Of a stretch of DNA of 64,000 bases, positions 30,003 through 39,479 are shown one piece after another. The stretch's first letter is position 1, and each line of letters starts with the position of its first letter. The position numbers and the translations under genes are program-made. The DNA comes from Candidatus Omnitrophota bacterium (GTDB lineage Bacteria > Omnitrophota > Gorgyraeia > Tantalellales > Tantalellaceae). The notes under the pieces are model-generated. The model ran no database searches. It saw nothing but the letters and a program-made list of their open reading frames with translations, and was not told the origin of the DNA. Location: positions 466 to 64,465 of the forward strand of contig DAONGE010000002.1 of assembly GCA_035403965.1 (NCBI GenBank). Reading direction: 5' to 3'.

Positions 30003-32265
30003 TATATCAAAAAAAGAAAACTGTGTTTTTGCGATATTGTTTATCGGTATCGTTTGTGCGGTATTTTTTGATGTCGTTTCATTAAGAAAAACTTTTTTAA
30101 AAGGTGATTATCTGCAGCAGTTTTTCCCGTGGTATGAGGTATACGCTTCAAACTTGAAAACAGGGCATCTGACATTTTGGATGAAAGAGATACAATGCGG
30201 GTTCCCCTTATTTGCGGAAGGGCAGATAGGACAGCTATATCCGTTAAATGTGCTATTTTTTCTTTTATTACCGTTCAAGGCGGCATATAACTATTCGTTT
30301 ATCTTTCATTTTATTATCGGGGGAATGGCGACTTATTTTTTTGCCAGAAGAAAAGGCGCCTGTTTATTGGGAGGGTTGTTATCGGCCATTCTGATCTCTT
30401 TCGGGAGCGTGTATTCCGGATGTTTTGTAAATATATCCGCGATGAAAACATTGGTATGGTTCCCGTTCGTGTTAATGCTTTATGATATATATTTAAGTAC
30501 ACAAAAGAAGAAATTTATCCTGTTTGCCGGGTTGATCCTCGGCTTGCAGTGTCTGGCCGGTTCGATGCAGATGTCGCTTTACTCGGCATTCTTCTACGCG
30601 ATCTATTTCTTTTATCAAAATCATGAAAAAGGGAACAATCCGTACTGTGCTGTCAAAGATATCATTTTGGTGGGGATGATTGCTGCTCTTGTTTCTTTGC
30701 CGCAGACGGTTGAAACTTATATTTTATCGGGCTTTTCCAATAGGGCGGCGCGAACTGTAGATTTTGCCCTGTGGAATTCGTTATCCCCGGTCGCGTTAAC
30801 GGGAACGGTACTGCCGTCTATAGGTTCAATATTTTCTCGGGGGAACATGATATATGTCGGGTCTCTGAGCCTTTTTTTTGCCATGATAGCCGTGTGGCTT
30901 TCAAAGGACGACCGCAGACAACGTATATCCGTCATTTTTCTTGCTGTAGCGTTGTTTTTTGCGCTGGGGAAATTTAACCCGCTTTATGTGGTGGCTTTAA
31001 AAATATCGGGATTTTATTCAATGCGCGCACCATCAAGATTTTTGTATTTTGCAGTGTTTGCGTTAGCTATATTGTCCGGGATAGGATTTACATATTTTCT
31101 GAAAAACAGATCGTGCGTGCCCAATCGGATCATTAAGATATTTACAGGGCTTATTTGTGCCACGGTGGGGGTGATTGTGGCTGCCAGATTGACGCTGATA
31201 TTTTTTGGGGAAAAGATACTAACGTTAGCTAAGGATTATGTATCGATGAATATATACGGCAAACCTTTTCACCGGTATGATATCGACGTATATATGGCTA
31301 AAACTGAGGGGATCTATAACGCGATCGTCAAAAACTTCTCGTTTAATAATTTTGATCTATGGATGAGCATATGTTTTCTGATCGGCGCAGTGTTTTTGGT
31401 GTGTGTGGGCACAGTATATTTTTTGAGGTCAAAAAAGTTTATAGGAATTATTTGTTTATGTTATGTGGCGGCGGAATTATTGTATTTTTCCAATTTCTCT
31501 GTCGGAGTATGGCCCGAACTGGATGATTTTAACTCTGTGTTGCCTCGTGAACAAAAAATATATCAGAAGATCAAGAATGATGCCGATAATTTTAGGATAT
31601 GTCCTTTTGGGGAATTCTCAAAAATGCCTTTCTGGATAAGGCCCGCGATGAATGCCGTCTACGGGATTGATAGCATATCAATATATACCCCTTTGGCCGA
31701 CAGTAGGTACTTTTTTATGATGGAAGGACTGGGGACAGTCGATGATTCCATGGGGATATTCCCGGCCGACAAAGGTGCATTATATAAAAAACTTAATATG
31801 TTGTCGGAACTGAACGTGAAATATATTGTTTCTACGATGGACTTGAGCGATCCGTCGCTGGAATTTGTCCTAAAAGAAAACAAGATCTATCTGTATCAAC
31901 TGAAAAAGTTTGTTTCCAGATACAGGTTTCGTACAAATGTCGTATCCGGAAATGCTCCATCTTTTGATCTTTTAGTGGAAAAAGAAACAAGTGGACTCTC
32001 TATGCTAAAGATTTTTTCAGAAAACGGCGGACGCCTTGTATTCGCACAGAAGTGTTATCCGGGATGGGAGGTTTTAGTGGATGGCCAGAAACAAGTCCCG
32101 GAATTTTCAAACGGAGTATTGCAGGGTGTTGTTTTATCCGGCGGTGTGCATAACGTTATTTTTAGGTATCGGCCGATATGTTTTAATGTATTCTTTCCGA
32201 TATCTTTAACGATATTTATCGTCGTAGCGCTATTGGCAATAACGGGGGATCGGAAAGATGAATAA
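29995..32265 (+). CDS. YfhO-like large polytopic membrane protein (GT-C superfamily)
   Basis: 756 aa; many TM helices with a C-terminal periplasmic beta-rich domain and a final TM; architecture of the YfhO family. Confidence 0.45.
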   Translation: MNNISKKENCVFAILFIGIVCAVFFDVVSLRKTFLKGDYLQQFFPWYEVYASNLKTGHLTFWMKEIQCGFPLFAEGQIGQLYPLNVLFFLLLPFKAAYNYSFIFHFIIGGMATYFFARRKGACLLGGLLSAILISFGSVYSGCFVNISAMKTLVWFPFVLMLYDIYLSTQKKKFILFAGLILGLQCLAGSMQMSLYSAFFYAIYFFYQNHEKGNNPYCAVKDIILVGMIAALVSLPQTVETYILSGFSNRAARTVDFALWNSLSPVALTGTVLPSIGSIFSRGNMIYVGSLSLFFAMIAVWLSKDDRRQRISVIFLAVALFFALGKFNPLYVVALKISGFYSMRAPSRFLYFAVFALAILSGIGFTYFLKNRSCVPNRIIKIFTGLICATVGVIVAARLTLIFFGEKILTLAKDYVSMNIYGKPFHRYDIDVYMAKTEGIYNAIVKNFSFNNFDLWMSICFLIGAVFLVCVGTVYFLRSKKFIGIICLCYVAAELLYFSNFSVGVWPELDDFNSVLPREQKIYQKIKNDADNFRICPFGEFSKMPFWIRPAMNAVYGIDSISIYTPLADSRYFFMMEGLGTVDDSMGIFPADKGALYKKLNMLSELNVKYIVSTMDLSDPSLEFVLKENKIYLYQLKKFVSRYRFRTNVVSGNAPSFDLLVEKETSGLSMLKIFSENGGRLVFAQKCYPGWEVLVDGQKQVPEFSNGVLQGVVLSGGVHNVIFRYRPICFNVFFPISLTIFIVVALLAITGDRKDE

Positions 32266-33910
32266 GGATATTGTAGTTAAGTCAGCAGTTGTTGGCTTGT
32301 TGCTTGTATTTGCTTTGCTGGTTTTTTCAAGTATTTTCCCGGCTAAGAAGTCTCCCACATGTGATGAGCTTGCTCACCATGTTCCTGTGGCGTACATCCT
32401 TTTGACAAAATGGGATTTTAAAATGGATCCCTCGCAACCGCCGTTGGCCAGATATATTATGGCGATCCCGCTTAAACTTTTTTTAAATCTACATGTGCCG
32501 GAAAAGAAATCAGACTGGAGACGGGAAGACCGTTCGGAATACGGCCATGATTTTTTCTATGTTTATAATAGCGATCCCGATAAGATCATTCTTTTGGCGC
32601 GCACCGCTATGATTTGTGTCGGTATTTTTACGGCGTTCCTTGTTTTTTATGCCGCCAGAAGATTTTATGGGAATGCCGCCGCTCTTTTCAGTCTCTTCCT
32701 GTTTGTTTTTTGTCCGAATATGATAGCTAATGCCCAGCTGGCAACAATAGATATGACGGCGTCATGTTTTATTCTGCTTTCCGTTGTTATGTTTTGTGAG
32801 TTCGCAGATAATCACTCCCGGATAAATATTATCTTGGCGGGAGTTGCTCTCGGGCTGGCGCAATTATCCAAATATACTTCGATATTCCTGTATCCGTTTT
32901 TTTTGCTGATGATAATCCCAAGGGCGTATTCGGATAAGGGGACGAAAAAGATTTTGATCCGGACAATGTATGTTTTTGCAATATCGGTCATGATCGTTTG
33001 GGCAGGTTATGGGTTTAACTCGGACCCTATATTATCAGACTCGATGCGTATAGATGAAAAGCTCTCGCTTGTACATAATATGGTCCAAAAAATACCTTTT
33101 TGGCAGACGGCGTGGGATCCGGCGCTTGATAACATGTTTTTAAAATGGCCTTTTCCGCTCGGGGCTCATGTAATGGGGATACTGGGGGTGGCACGTCACG
33201 GATATGAAGGCCATAGCGTCTATTTTATGGGGGAATGGGGAAAAGGGAGCCCCTTTTATTTTTTAATCGCCTTTTTGATAAAAACTCCGGTGCCGTCGAT
33301 CATTTTTATTTTACTGGGTATTTGTTTGACGTTTTTTAAAATGCGCCCGGCATGGAGAGATAAATTTTTATTAGCCACTGTCCTGGTGATATTTTTGATG
33401 GCAAGTTTCAGTAAGCTGCAGCTTGGATTGCGCTATATTTTGCCGATGTATCCGATATTCTTTATATTGGCCGGAAGGAGTGTCGAGGCTTTTAGGTGGA
33501 AGTATTTTAAACCTATCGGGATAGTTCTTGCCGTATGGTATATTTTTAGCGCGGTTAATACATGGCCTAATTATCTAAGTTATTTTAACGAATTTATCGG
33601 CGGGCCGGCTAACGGCTATAAATATCTCAGGGATTCGAACCTCGACTGGGGGCAGGATCTGCCCGAGCTTTCGGCGTATCTTAAAAAAAATAAAATAGAA
33701 AATATCAAACTGCTTTATTTTGGGACGGCCGATCCCGATAGGTACGGTATAAAATATGAACCGTTGGACGCTAAGGAATATTTATCTCCGGCTGAAAGTA
33801 TTTATGCCATAAGCGTGCACAAACTGGATACCGTTAAATGGACAAAAGATAAAGAACCTATTGCGAAGATCGGATATTCAATATTTGTGTATGATTGCAG
33901 GAGCCGATAA
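32258..33910 (+). CDS. GT39/ArnT-like glycosyltransferase (GT-C)
   Basis: 550 aa; N-terminal TM, DE motif (CDELAHH) in the first loop, about 11 TM helices, C-terminal periplasmic domain. Confidence 0.6.
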   Translation: MNKDIVVKSAVVGLLLVFALLVFSSIFPAKKSPTCDELAHHVPVAYILLTKWDFKMDPSQPPLARYIMAIPLKLFLNLHVPEKKSDWRREDRSEYGHDFFYVYNSDPDKIILLARTAMICVGIFTAFLVFYAARRFYGNAAALFSLFLFVFCPNMIANAQLATIDMTASCFILLSVVMFCEFADNHSRINIILAGVALGLAQLSKYTSIFLYPFFLLMIIPRAYSDKGTKKILIRTMYVFAISVMIVWAGYGFNSDPILSDSMRIDEKLSLVHNMVQKIPFWQTAWDPALDNMFLKWPFPLGAHVMGILGVARHGYEGHSVYFMGEWGKGSPFYFLIAFLIKTPVPSIIFILLGICLTFFKMRPAWRDKFLLATVLVIFLMASFSKLQLGLRYILPMYPIFFILAGRSVEAFRWKYFKPIGIVLAVWYIFSAVNTWPNYLSYFNEFIGGPANGYKYLRDSNLDWGQDLPELSAYLKKNKIENIKLLYFGTADPDRYGIKYEPLDAKEYLSPAESIYAISVHKLDTVKWTKDKEPIAKIGYSIFVYDCRSR

Positions 33911-33926
33911 ATGGTAAAAATAATAA

Positions 33927-34202
33927 AAAATCCGATCTTCATTACAGTCCGATAGAAAAGCTATTTATGGCGGTCTTGATCCAAGAGAAACGGAAGTATA
34001 TTTGCTTAATAACGCTTTGGCCGATATTGCAAAAAAGAAAAATATACCTGTACTGGATTTGACGGATAAATTTGAGGAAAGTTGGAAAAAGGATGCGCAA
34101 CGTTTCGAGTTTAACGGAGATAATCATTGGAACCCTTATGCCCATAGGATTGTTGCAGCGGCTGTAAAGGAAAAGCTCGAAGAGTTGGGTTGGTACTACT
34201 GA
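33927..34202 (+). pseudogene. Truncated remnant of an SGNH/GDSL hydrolase (C-terminal ~90 codons only, no start codon, no GDS block)
   Basis: Open frame from 33927 reads ...AIYGGLDPRETEVYLLNNALADIAKKKNIPVLDLT...GDNHWNPYAHRIVA; the DxxH catalytic dyad block of SGNH hydrolases is present, the N-terminal Ser block is absent; upstream frame is interrupted. Confidence 0.5.
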
Positions 34203-34272
34203 TTTTGGCCTCTTTTTTGTTTGCCCTTGTTAAAGACAAGCCCTGATATCTAGTGACTACTATAGAATGTTT

Positions 34273-34301
34273 TTGACATCTAAAGACATATTTGCTATAA
34301 T
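34273..34301 (+). promoter_or_regulatory. Near-consensus sigma70 promoter with extended -10 (TTGACA-17-TGcTATAAT) heading the nonulosonic-acid module
   Basis: TTGACA 34273-34278; TG 34293-34294; TATAAT 34296-34301; AGGAGCGG RBS before ATG 34333. Confidence 0.6.
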
Positions 34302-34332
34302 TTCAATGCACACAGGCATTTAGGAGCGGAAA

Positions 34333-35793
34333 ATGTCACAAAAAAGTCTTAAGATCGCGTTTTTGCAGACGGGAGATGTCCCGTACCTGGGGATAATGAG
34401 CTTGTCCGCTGTCCTCAAAAAAAGAGGGTTCGTAACAGATGTGTTTTGTATCGGTATAGATAACGATATCGAGAACAAGATAATCGGATCCGGTGCGGAT
34501 ATCCTTGCCTGTAGCGCCATGACCCCTACTTTTTCCGGCATACGTAAAGTATATAGCGCCGTGAAAAAGAAAGCCCCTCATATTTATACCATATTGGGCG
34601 GGCCGCATAGCACCTTTTTCCCGAACGTTCTTCATGAAGACAAAGACCTGGATGCGATATGTATCGGCGAGGGAGAAGGCGCATTGATAGAACTTGCTAC
34701 GGCTTTACGCGATAAGAGCCCCAGGACCGATATCAAGAACATCTGGTTCAAGGATAAAGGACGCATAGTGGAGAACGAGATAAGGGACCTTATCGACGAC
34801 CTTGACGCTCTTCCTTTCCTGGACAGAGACGTGTTCTTTGAGAAGTATCCTTTTATGGCGGCAGGAACGGTACGTTTCATAACGGCCAGAGGCTGTCCCT
34901 TCCGGTGCACATATTGCTTTAATATCGGCATGCAAAGATTGTATAAAGGCAAAGGGAACTGGGTCAGATATCACAGTATAGAAAGAAGTCTTTCGGAAAT
35001 AAAGGATATTAAAGAAAGATATCCGCTTAAGTGGGTCTCTTTTATGGATGATACGTTCAACCTGGATAAAAAAAGGCTGAAAGAGTTTCTGCTTAGGTAT
35101 AAAAAAGAAATCGATGTGCCTTTTCTCTGCCAGCTCAGGGTGGATGTCACGGAAGAAGAGCAGATAGAATGGCTTAAGAACGCCGGAGTGTCGCGCATAA
35201 CCATAGGGATAGAACATGGGAACGAGACCGTCAGGAAGAACATCTTGTCGAGGAACATTAGCAACGAACAGATCCTTAACTGCGCGAAATGGATCAATGA
35301 ACGGAAAGTCCGTCTTACTACGCAGAACCTGATAGGATTGCCGTGGGAGACTGTCGATACGGCGCTTGAGACGATAAAGATAAATGCTAAAATAAAACCG
35401 GAGATCGCCAACGTTAACATACTTAACCCGTATCCTGGCACGGCGATATACAGCTTGCTGGAAAAAGAAGGATTATTGGCGGACGATTTCGATTTTAACG
35501 CGCTTTTGGACCACAGTAACTCTTATAGCAATTCACACGCCAGGATACATAGCTATGTTAAGAACAAGGTGATGCCGCAGCTTATAAGTTTACGTTGTTT
35601 TTTCTCGGTTCTTATCGCGTGCCCGTGGCTTGAGCCGCTCGTGCGGTTGCTGATAAAAATACGATATAACCGGGTCTATGAGTTCATATGGCAAGTGAGC
35701 ACCGGGACTTTTAGGGTGTCTTGGAAATACGGCGGATGGCGCGACCGAAAAGTGTTGATGAGAAAACTTTTTGCAGTTCTGATCAAAGGATAA
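34333..35793 (+). CDS. B12-binding domain radical SAM enzyme
   Basis: 486 aa; N-terminal cobalamin-binding Rossmann-like domain; CPFRCTYC (CxxxCxxC) radical SAM core. Confidence 0.85.
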   Translation: MSQKSLKIAFLQTGDVPYLGIMSLSAVLKKRGFVTDVFCIGIDNDIENKIIGSGADILACSAMTPTFSGIRKVYSAVKKKAPHIYTILGGPHSTFFPNVLHEDKDLDAICIGEGEGALIELATALRDKSPRTDIKNIWFKDKGRIVENEIRDLIDDLDALPFLDRDVFFEKYPFMAAGTVRFITARGCPFRCTYCFNIGMQRLYKGKGNWVRYHSIERSLSEIKDIKERYPLKWVSFMDDTFNLDKKRLKEFLLRYKKEIDVPFLCQLRVDVTEEEQIEWLKNAGVSRITIGIEHGNETVRKNILSRNISNEQILNCAKWINERKVRLTTQNLIGLPWETVDTALETIKINAKIKPEIANVNILNPYPGTAIYSLLEKEGLLADDFDFNALLDHSNSYSNSHARIHSYVKNKVMPQLISLRCFFSVLIACPWLEPLVRLLIKIRYNRVYEFIWQVSTGTFRVSWKYGGWRDRKVLMRKLFAVLIKG

Positions 35794-35809
35794 CGGGAGA
35801 AAAGGGAAC

Positions 35810-36061
35810 ATGGAGATAAACGAGAACGAAGTATATACCGTGCAGGAGGTGCAGAAGATCCTTAAAGTGAGCCCCAGCACGTCGATGAGGCTCATAAAAA
35901 AAGGCATAATCAGAGCCGCCAAAGTCGGGAAACAATACAGAATACTGGGCAAAGAACTGTTAAGGCTGGTCTCTCCGACGTTGGAAGACAAAGTGGGTAA
36001 AATATACAATAAAGGACGTCATTGGCTGCATGAGGACGATGATAAGGCAGAGAGCATATGA
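35810..36061 (+). CDS. Excisionase-family helix-turn-helix DNA-binding protein
   Basis: 83 aa; VYTVQEVQKILKVSPSTSMRLIKKG matches the MerR-like/excisionase HTH (TIGR01764-type). Confidence 0.6.
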   Translation: MEINENEVYTVQEVQKILKVSPSTSMRLIKKGIIRAAKVGKQYRILGKELLRLVSPTLEDKVGKIYNKGRHWLHEDDDKAESI

Positions 36062-37056
36062 GAGCCAGAGGGAAAAAGGTATTGGTGACGGGATCGGAAG
36101 GATTTATTGGGTCGCATCTGGTGGAAGGGCTTCTTGATGCCGGATATAAAGTACGGGCCTTCGTATTATATAATTCGTTCAATGCCTGGGGTTGGCTAGA
36201 TACTTTTTCAAAAGACCGGATGAAGAATGTAGAAGTATTTACGGGAGATGTAAGGGATCCTAACGGTGTGAGAAAAGCAGTAGAAGGGGTTGATACGATC
36301 TTTCACCTTGCGGCGCTGATCGGCATCCCTTTTTCATATAATTCCCCGGATACTTATGTTGACACGAATGTAAAGGGAACTCTCAATATTTTGCAGGCGG
36401 CGAGGATGTGCGGGACAAGAAGAATATTGATCACCAGTACTTCCGAGGTTTACGGGACGGCCAAATATATGCCGATAGACGAGAAACATCCTTTACAGGG
36501 CCAATCTCCATACAGTGCGACAAAGATTGCCGCGGATAAGATCTCGGAATCTTTTTACAGGTCGTTCGGATCGCCTGTCACTATCGTGCGGCCGTTCAAT
36601 ACGTACGGTCCCCGTCAGTCGGCCAGGGCCGTTATTCCGACGATAATCACGCAGCTTCTTGCCGGGAAAAAAGAGATCAGGTTAGGATCGACGTATACGA
36701 CGCGCGATCTTGTCTATGTAAAGGATACGGTAAAAGGGTTTTTGTCCATTGCCCGCGCCGACAATACGATCGGGGAGGAAATAAATATCGCCACGGGGAA
36801 AGGCCTGTCTATCGGGAAAATCGCCGAAAAAATAATAAACAGGATAAATCCTAAAACGAGGATAGTGTGTGATAAGGAAAGGGTCCGTCCGAAGAGAAGC
36901 GAAGTGGAGCATCTTTTAGGATCCAATAAAAAGATAAAAGAACTGGCGGGATGGAAACCGGAATATACGATAGATAGCGGGCTTGATGAAACTGTAAAAT
37001 GGTTTTCGGATGCAACGAATGTAAGAAACTACAAGGCGGATATATATAATGTCTGA
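36058..37056 (+). CDS. NAD-dependent NDP-sugar 4,6-dehydratase/epimerase (LegB/RfbB-like extended SDR)
   Basis: 332 aa; VTGSEGFIGSHL, STSEVYG, YSATKIAADK (YxxxK); RfbB/LegB-like dehydratase pattern. Confidence 0.7.
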   Translation: MRARGKKVLVTGSEGFIGSHLVEGLLDAGYKVRAFVLYNSFNAWGWLDTFSKDRMKNVEVFTGDVRDPNGVRKAVEGVDTIFHLAALIGIPFSYNSPDTYVDTNVKGTLNILQAARMCGTRRILITSTSEVYGTAKYMPIDEKHPLQGQSPYSATKIAADKISESFYRSFGSPVTIVRPFNTYGPRQSARAVIPTIITQLLAGKKEIRLGSTYTTRDLVYVKDTVKGFLSIARADNTIGEEINIATGKGLSIGKIAEKIINRINPKTRIVCDKERVRPKRSEVEHLLGSNKKIKELAGWKPEYTIDSGLDETVKWFSDATNVRNYKADIYNV

Positions 37057-38149
37057 GCGTATTTTTCTAGATGCCCCGGACATAGGAGTATTTGAAAAAA
37101 AGTATCTTTCTAAAGCCGTTGATTCGGGCTATGTATCAACGGTGGGGCCGTTCGTACCGGAATTCGAGAAGAAGTTCGCAAAATGTATAGGAACAAAGAA
37201 TGCGATTTCTACTCAAAGTGGGACTGCGGCCATTCATATGGCATTATATGAGATGAAAATTGGCAAAGGGGATGAGGTTATCGTGCCTGCTTTATCCTTT
37301 GTGGCAACCACAAATCCTGTGCTTTATGTCGGGGCAGAACCCGTGTTTGCCGATGTTGATCCGGACACATGGTGTATTTCGCCACTATCGATAGAAAAAC
37401 TTATTACAAAGAAAACGAAGGCGATCATTCCGGTTCATCTTTACGGAAACCCCTGCGATATGAAAACCATAAATCGTATCGCTAAGGAACATAAAATAAT
37501 GGTTATAGAAGATGCAACCGAAAGCCTTGGGGCTGTTTATTGCGGAAAATTTACCGGGGCACTGGGAAATTTTGGGTGTTTTAGCTTTAATGGAAATAAG
37601 ACCATAACTACCGGCGGAGGTGGTATGGTCGTAAGTGGCAACAAAGCGGCAATAGAGCACATAAAGTTTCTTGTTAACCAAGCCCGCGATGAGAAAAAAG
37701 GCTATTATCATCCGGAAATGGGATTTAACTATCGAATGACTAATATTGAGGCGGCACTTGGGCTTGCGCAGTTAGAACGGATGGAAAAGCTTCTTCAGAG
37801 GAAAAGAAGGATTAATGAGATATATCATGAAGAGCTTGATGGGAACGATAAAATATCGTTTCAGGGAGAATATGAGGGGGCGAAAAGTTCTGATTGGCTT
37901 AATAGCGTTCTGATCAGAGCCGATATTCGCCGAATGATAACGTTATTAAAAGAAAAAAATATTCCGGCAAGGCGGATATTCATGCCAATGACAATGTTCC
38001 CGTATTATCGTAATGCGAGGAAAGATAAACTAAGAAATACACTGGATATATATAAGAATGGCATCTGTTTGCCAAGCTCAACGCGGAACAGCGAGGATGA
38101 TATACGGTTTGTGTGCGATGTTATAAATAAAATACTTAAGGGCGCATGA
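37049..38149 (+). CDS. DegT-family NDP-4-keto-sugar aminotransferase (LegC/PglE-like)
   Basis: 366 aa; DegT fold; FSFNGNKTITTGGGG lysine region; follows the 4,6-dehydratase. Confidence 0.8.
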   Translation: MSERIFLDAPDIGVFEKKYLSKAVDSGYVSTVGPFVPEFEKKFAKCIGTKNAISTQSGTAAIHMALYEMKIGKGDEVIVPALSFVATTNPVLYVGAEPVFADVDPDTWCISPLSIEKLITKKTKAIIPVHLYGNPCDMKTINRIAKEHKIMVIEDATESLGAVYCGKFTGALGNFGCFSFNGNKTITTGGGGMVVSGNKAAIEHIKFLVNQARDEKKGYYHPEMGFNYRMTNIEAALGLAQLERMEKLLQRKRRINEIYHEELDGNDKISFQGEYEGAKSSDWLNSVLIRADIRRMITLLKEKNIPARRIFMPMTMFPYYRNARKDKLRNTLDIYKNGICLPSSTRNSEDDIRFVCDVINKILKGA

Positions 38150-38793
38150 TGAAAAAGAATAAAGATATAATCTTAATCGGTGGCGGAGGACATGCCAGAG
38201 TGATAATGGATGCTATCCTGTCGGGCGGAGTTTTTAAGATAAAAGGGATAGTTGATCCCGCGATGGGAAAAGGGACCATGGTTGCAGGGTATAAGGTTTT
38301 GGGAGGGGATGAGATCCTTGGGGAAATATTTTCTTCAGGCGTTCGCAACGCTATTGTAGCGGTTGGTTCTGTAAAACCATCAGAATTAAGAAAGAAACTT
38401 TATGAAAAAGCCAGGAAGATCGGTTTTAATTTTCCGGTAGTGATACATCCCTCTGCAGTTATCGCACGGGATGTTTTAATTGAGGAAGGAACATTTGTCG
38501 CCCCGTCAGCCACTGTAAATACCGGAAGTCGAATCGGTAAAAACGCAATAATAAACACATCGTCGTCTATCGACCATGATTGCTCCATCGGGGATTTTGT
38601 ACACATAGCTCCGGGGGTTGTATTATCCGGGGAAGTATGTGTTGGGTCGGGGACGCATGTGGGCACGGGGGCTGTTGTTGTTAACGATATTAGAATTGGG
38701 GAAAACTGTTTTATATCTGCCGGGCACAGGGTGTCCGTGGATTTGCGCGAGGGGATGAAACATTCCATGACTTTTAGGATGAAGGGAAAGTAA
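38146..38793 (+). CDS. Hexapeptide-repeat sugar N-acetyltransferase (PglD/LegH/NeuD family)
   Basis: 215 aa; N-terminal Rossmann-like ILIGGGGHARV then left-handed beta-helix hexapeptide repeats. Confidence 0.8.
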   Translation: MMKKNKDIILIGGGGHARVIMDAILSGGVFKIKGIVDPAMGKGTMVAGYKVLGGDEILGEIFSSGVRNAIVAVGSVKPSELRKKLYEKARKIGFNFPVVIHPSAVIARDVLIEEGTFVAPSATVNTGSRIGKNAIINTSSSIDHDCSIGDFVHIAPGVVLSGEVCVGSGTHVGTGAVVVNDIRIGENCFISAGHRVSVDLREGMKHSMTFRMKGK

Positions 38794-38804
38794 AGGAGAA
38801 GGAT

Positions 38805-39479
38805 ATGCCAAAAGTGCTATTTATTGCATGCCACCCGGATGATGAGACGCTGGGATGCGGTGGGACAATATTAAAGCATAAAGCCCTTGGCGATGAGATA
38901 TATTGGGCTATTTTGACCAACATAGACGAAAATAACGGATGGCCGAAGGATAAGGTTCTATCGAGACAATGTGAGATATCTGCAGTGGCAAGAGCATACG
39001 GTTTTAAAAAAGTGTTCAAACTTGATTTTCCGACGACAAAGTTAGATGCAATACCCATGAATACCATTGTGTCGGCAATTTCAAACACATTAAATGAAAT
39101 AAAACCGGAAGTCATATATGTTCCTAATAAGAGTGATATTCATAGTGACCACAAAACCACTTTTGACGCAGTTATGAGCTGCACAAAAACTTTCAGGTTC
39201 CCATATATCAAACGGGTTTTAATGTATGAGTGTCTTTCAGAAACAGAATTTGCCCCGGCTATTTCTAATTTGGCTTTTACGCCGAATGTATTTGTAAATA
39301 TAAGTGCGTACGTGTCAGAAAAAATAAAGATAATGAACATGTACGAAGGCGAAATGGGTGCGTTTCCATTTCCAAGAAGTGCGGAAAACATTGAGGCATT
39401 AGCAAGGTATCGCGGGGCGACGGCGGGTTTTTGCGGCGCAGAAGCTTTTGTTCTTATAAAGGAAAGATGTGATGATTAA
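38805..39479 (+). CDS. PIG-L/LmbE-family N-acetyl-sugar deacetylase
   Basis: 224 aa; N-terminal HPDDE motif (ACHPDDETLGCGG) and downstream His/Asp metal ligands. Confidence 0.75.
   Translation: MPKVLFIACHPDDETLGCGGTILKHKALGDEIYWAILTNIDENNGWPKDKVLSRQCEISAVARAYGFKKVFKLDFPTTKLDAIPMNTIVSAISNTLNEIKPEVIYVPNKSDIHSDHKTTFDAVMSCTKTFRFPYIKRVLMYECLSETEFAPAISNLAFTPNVFVNISAYVSEKIKIMNMYEGEMGAFPFPRSAENIEALARYRGATAGFCGAEAFVLIKERCDD

Noticed and set aside
35810-36061. Possible integrative mobile element signalled by the excisionase-like HTH
   Set aside because: No integrase, transposase, tRNA target or flanking repeats are visible. It is reported as a regulator-like CDS only, not as a mobile element.
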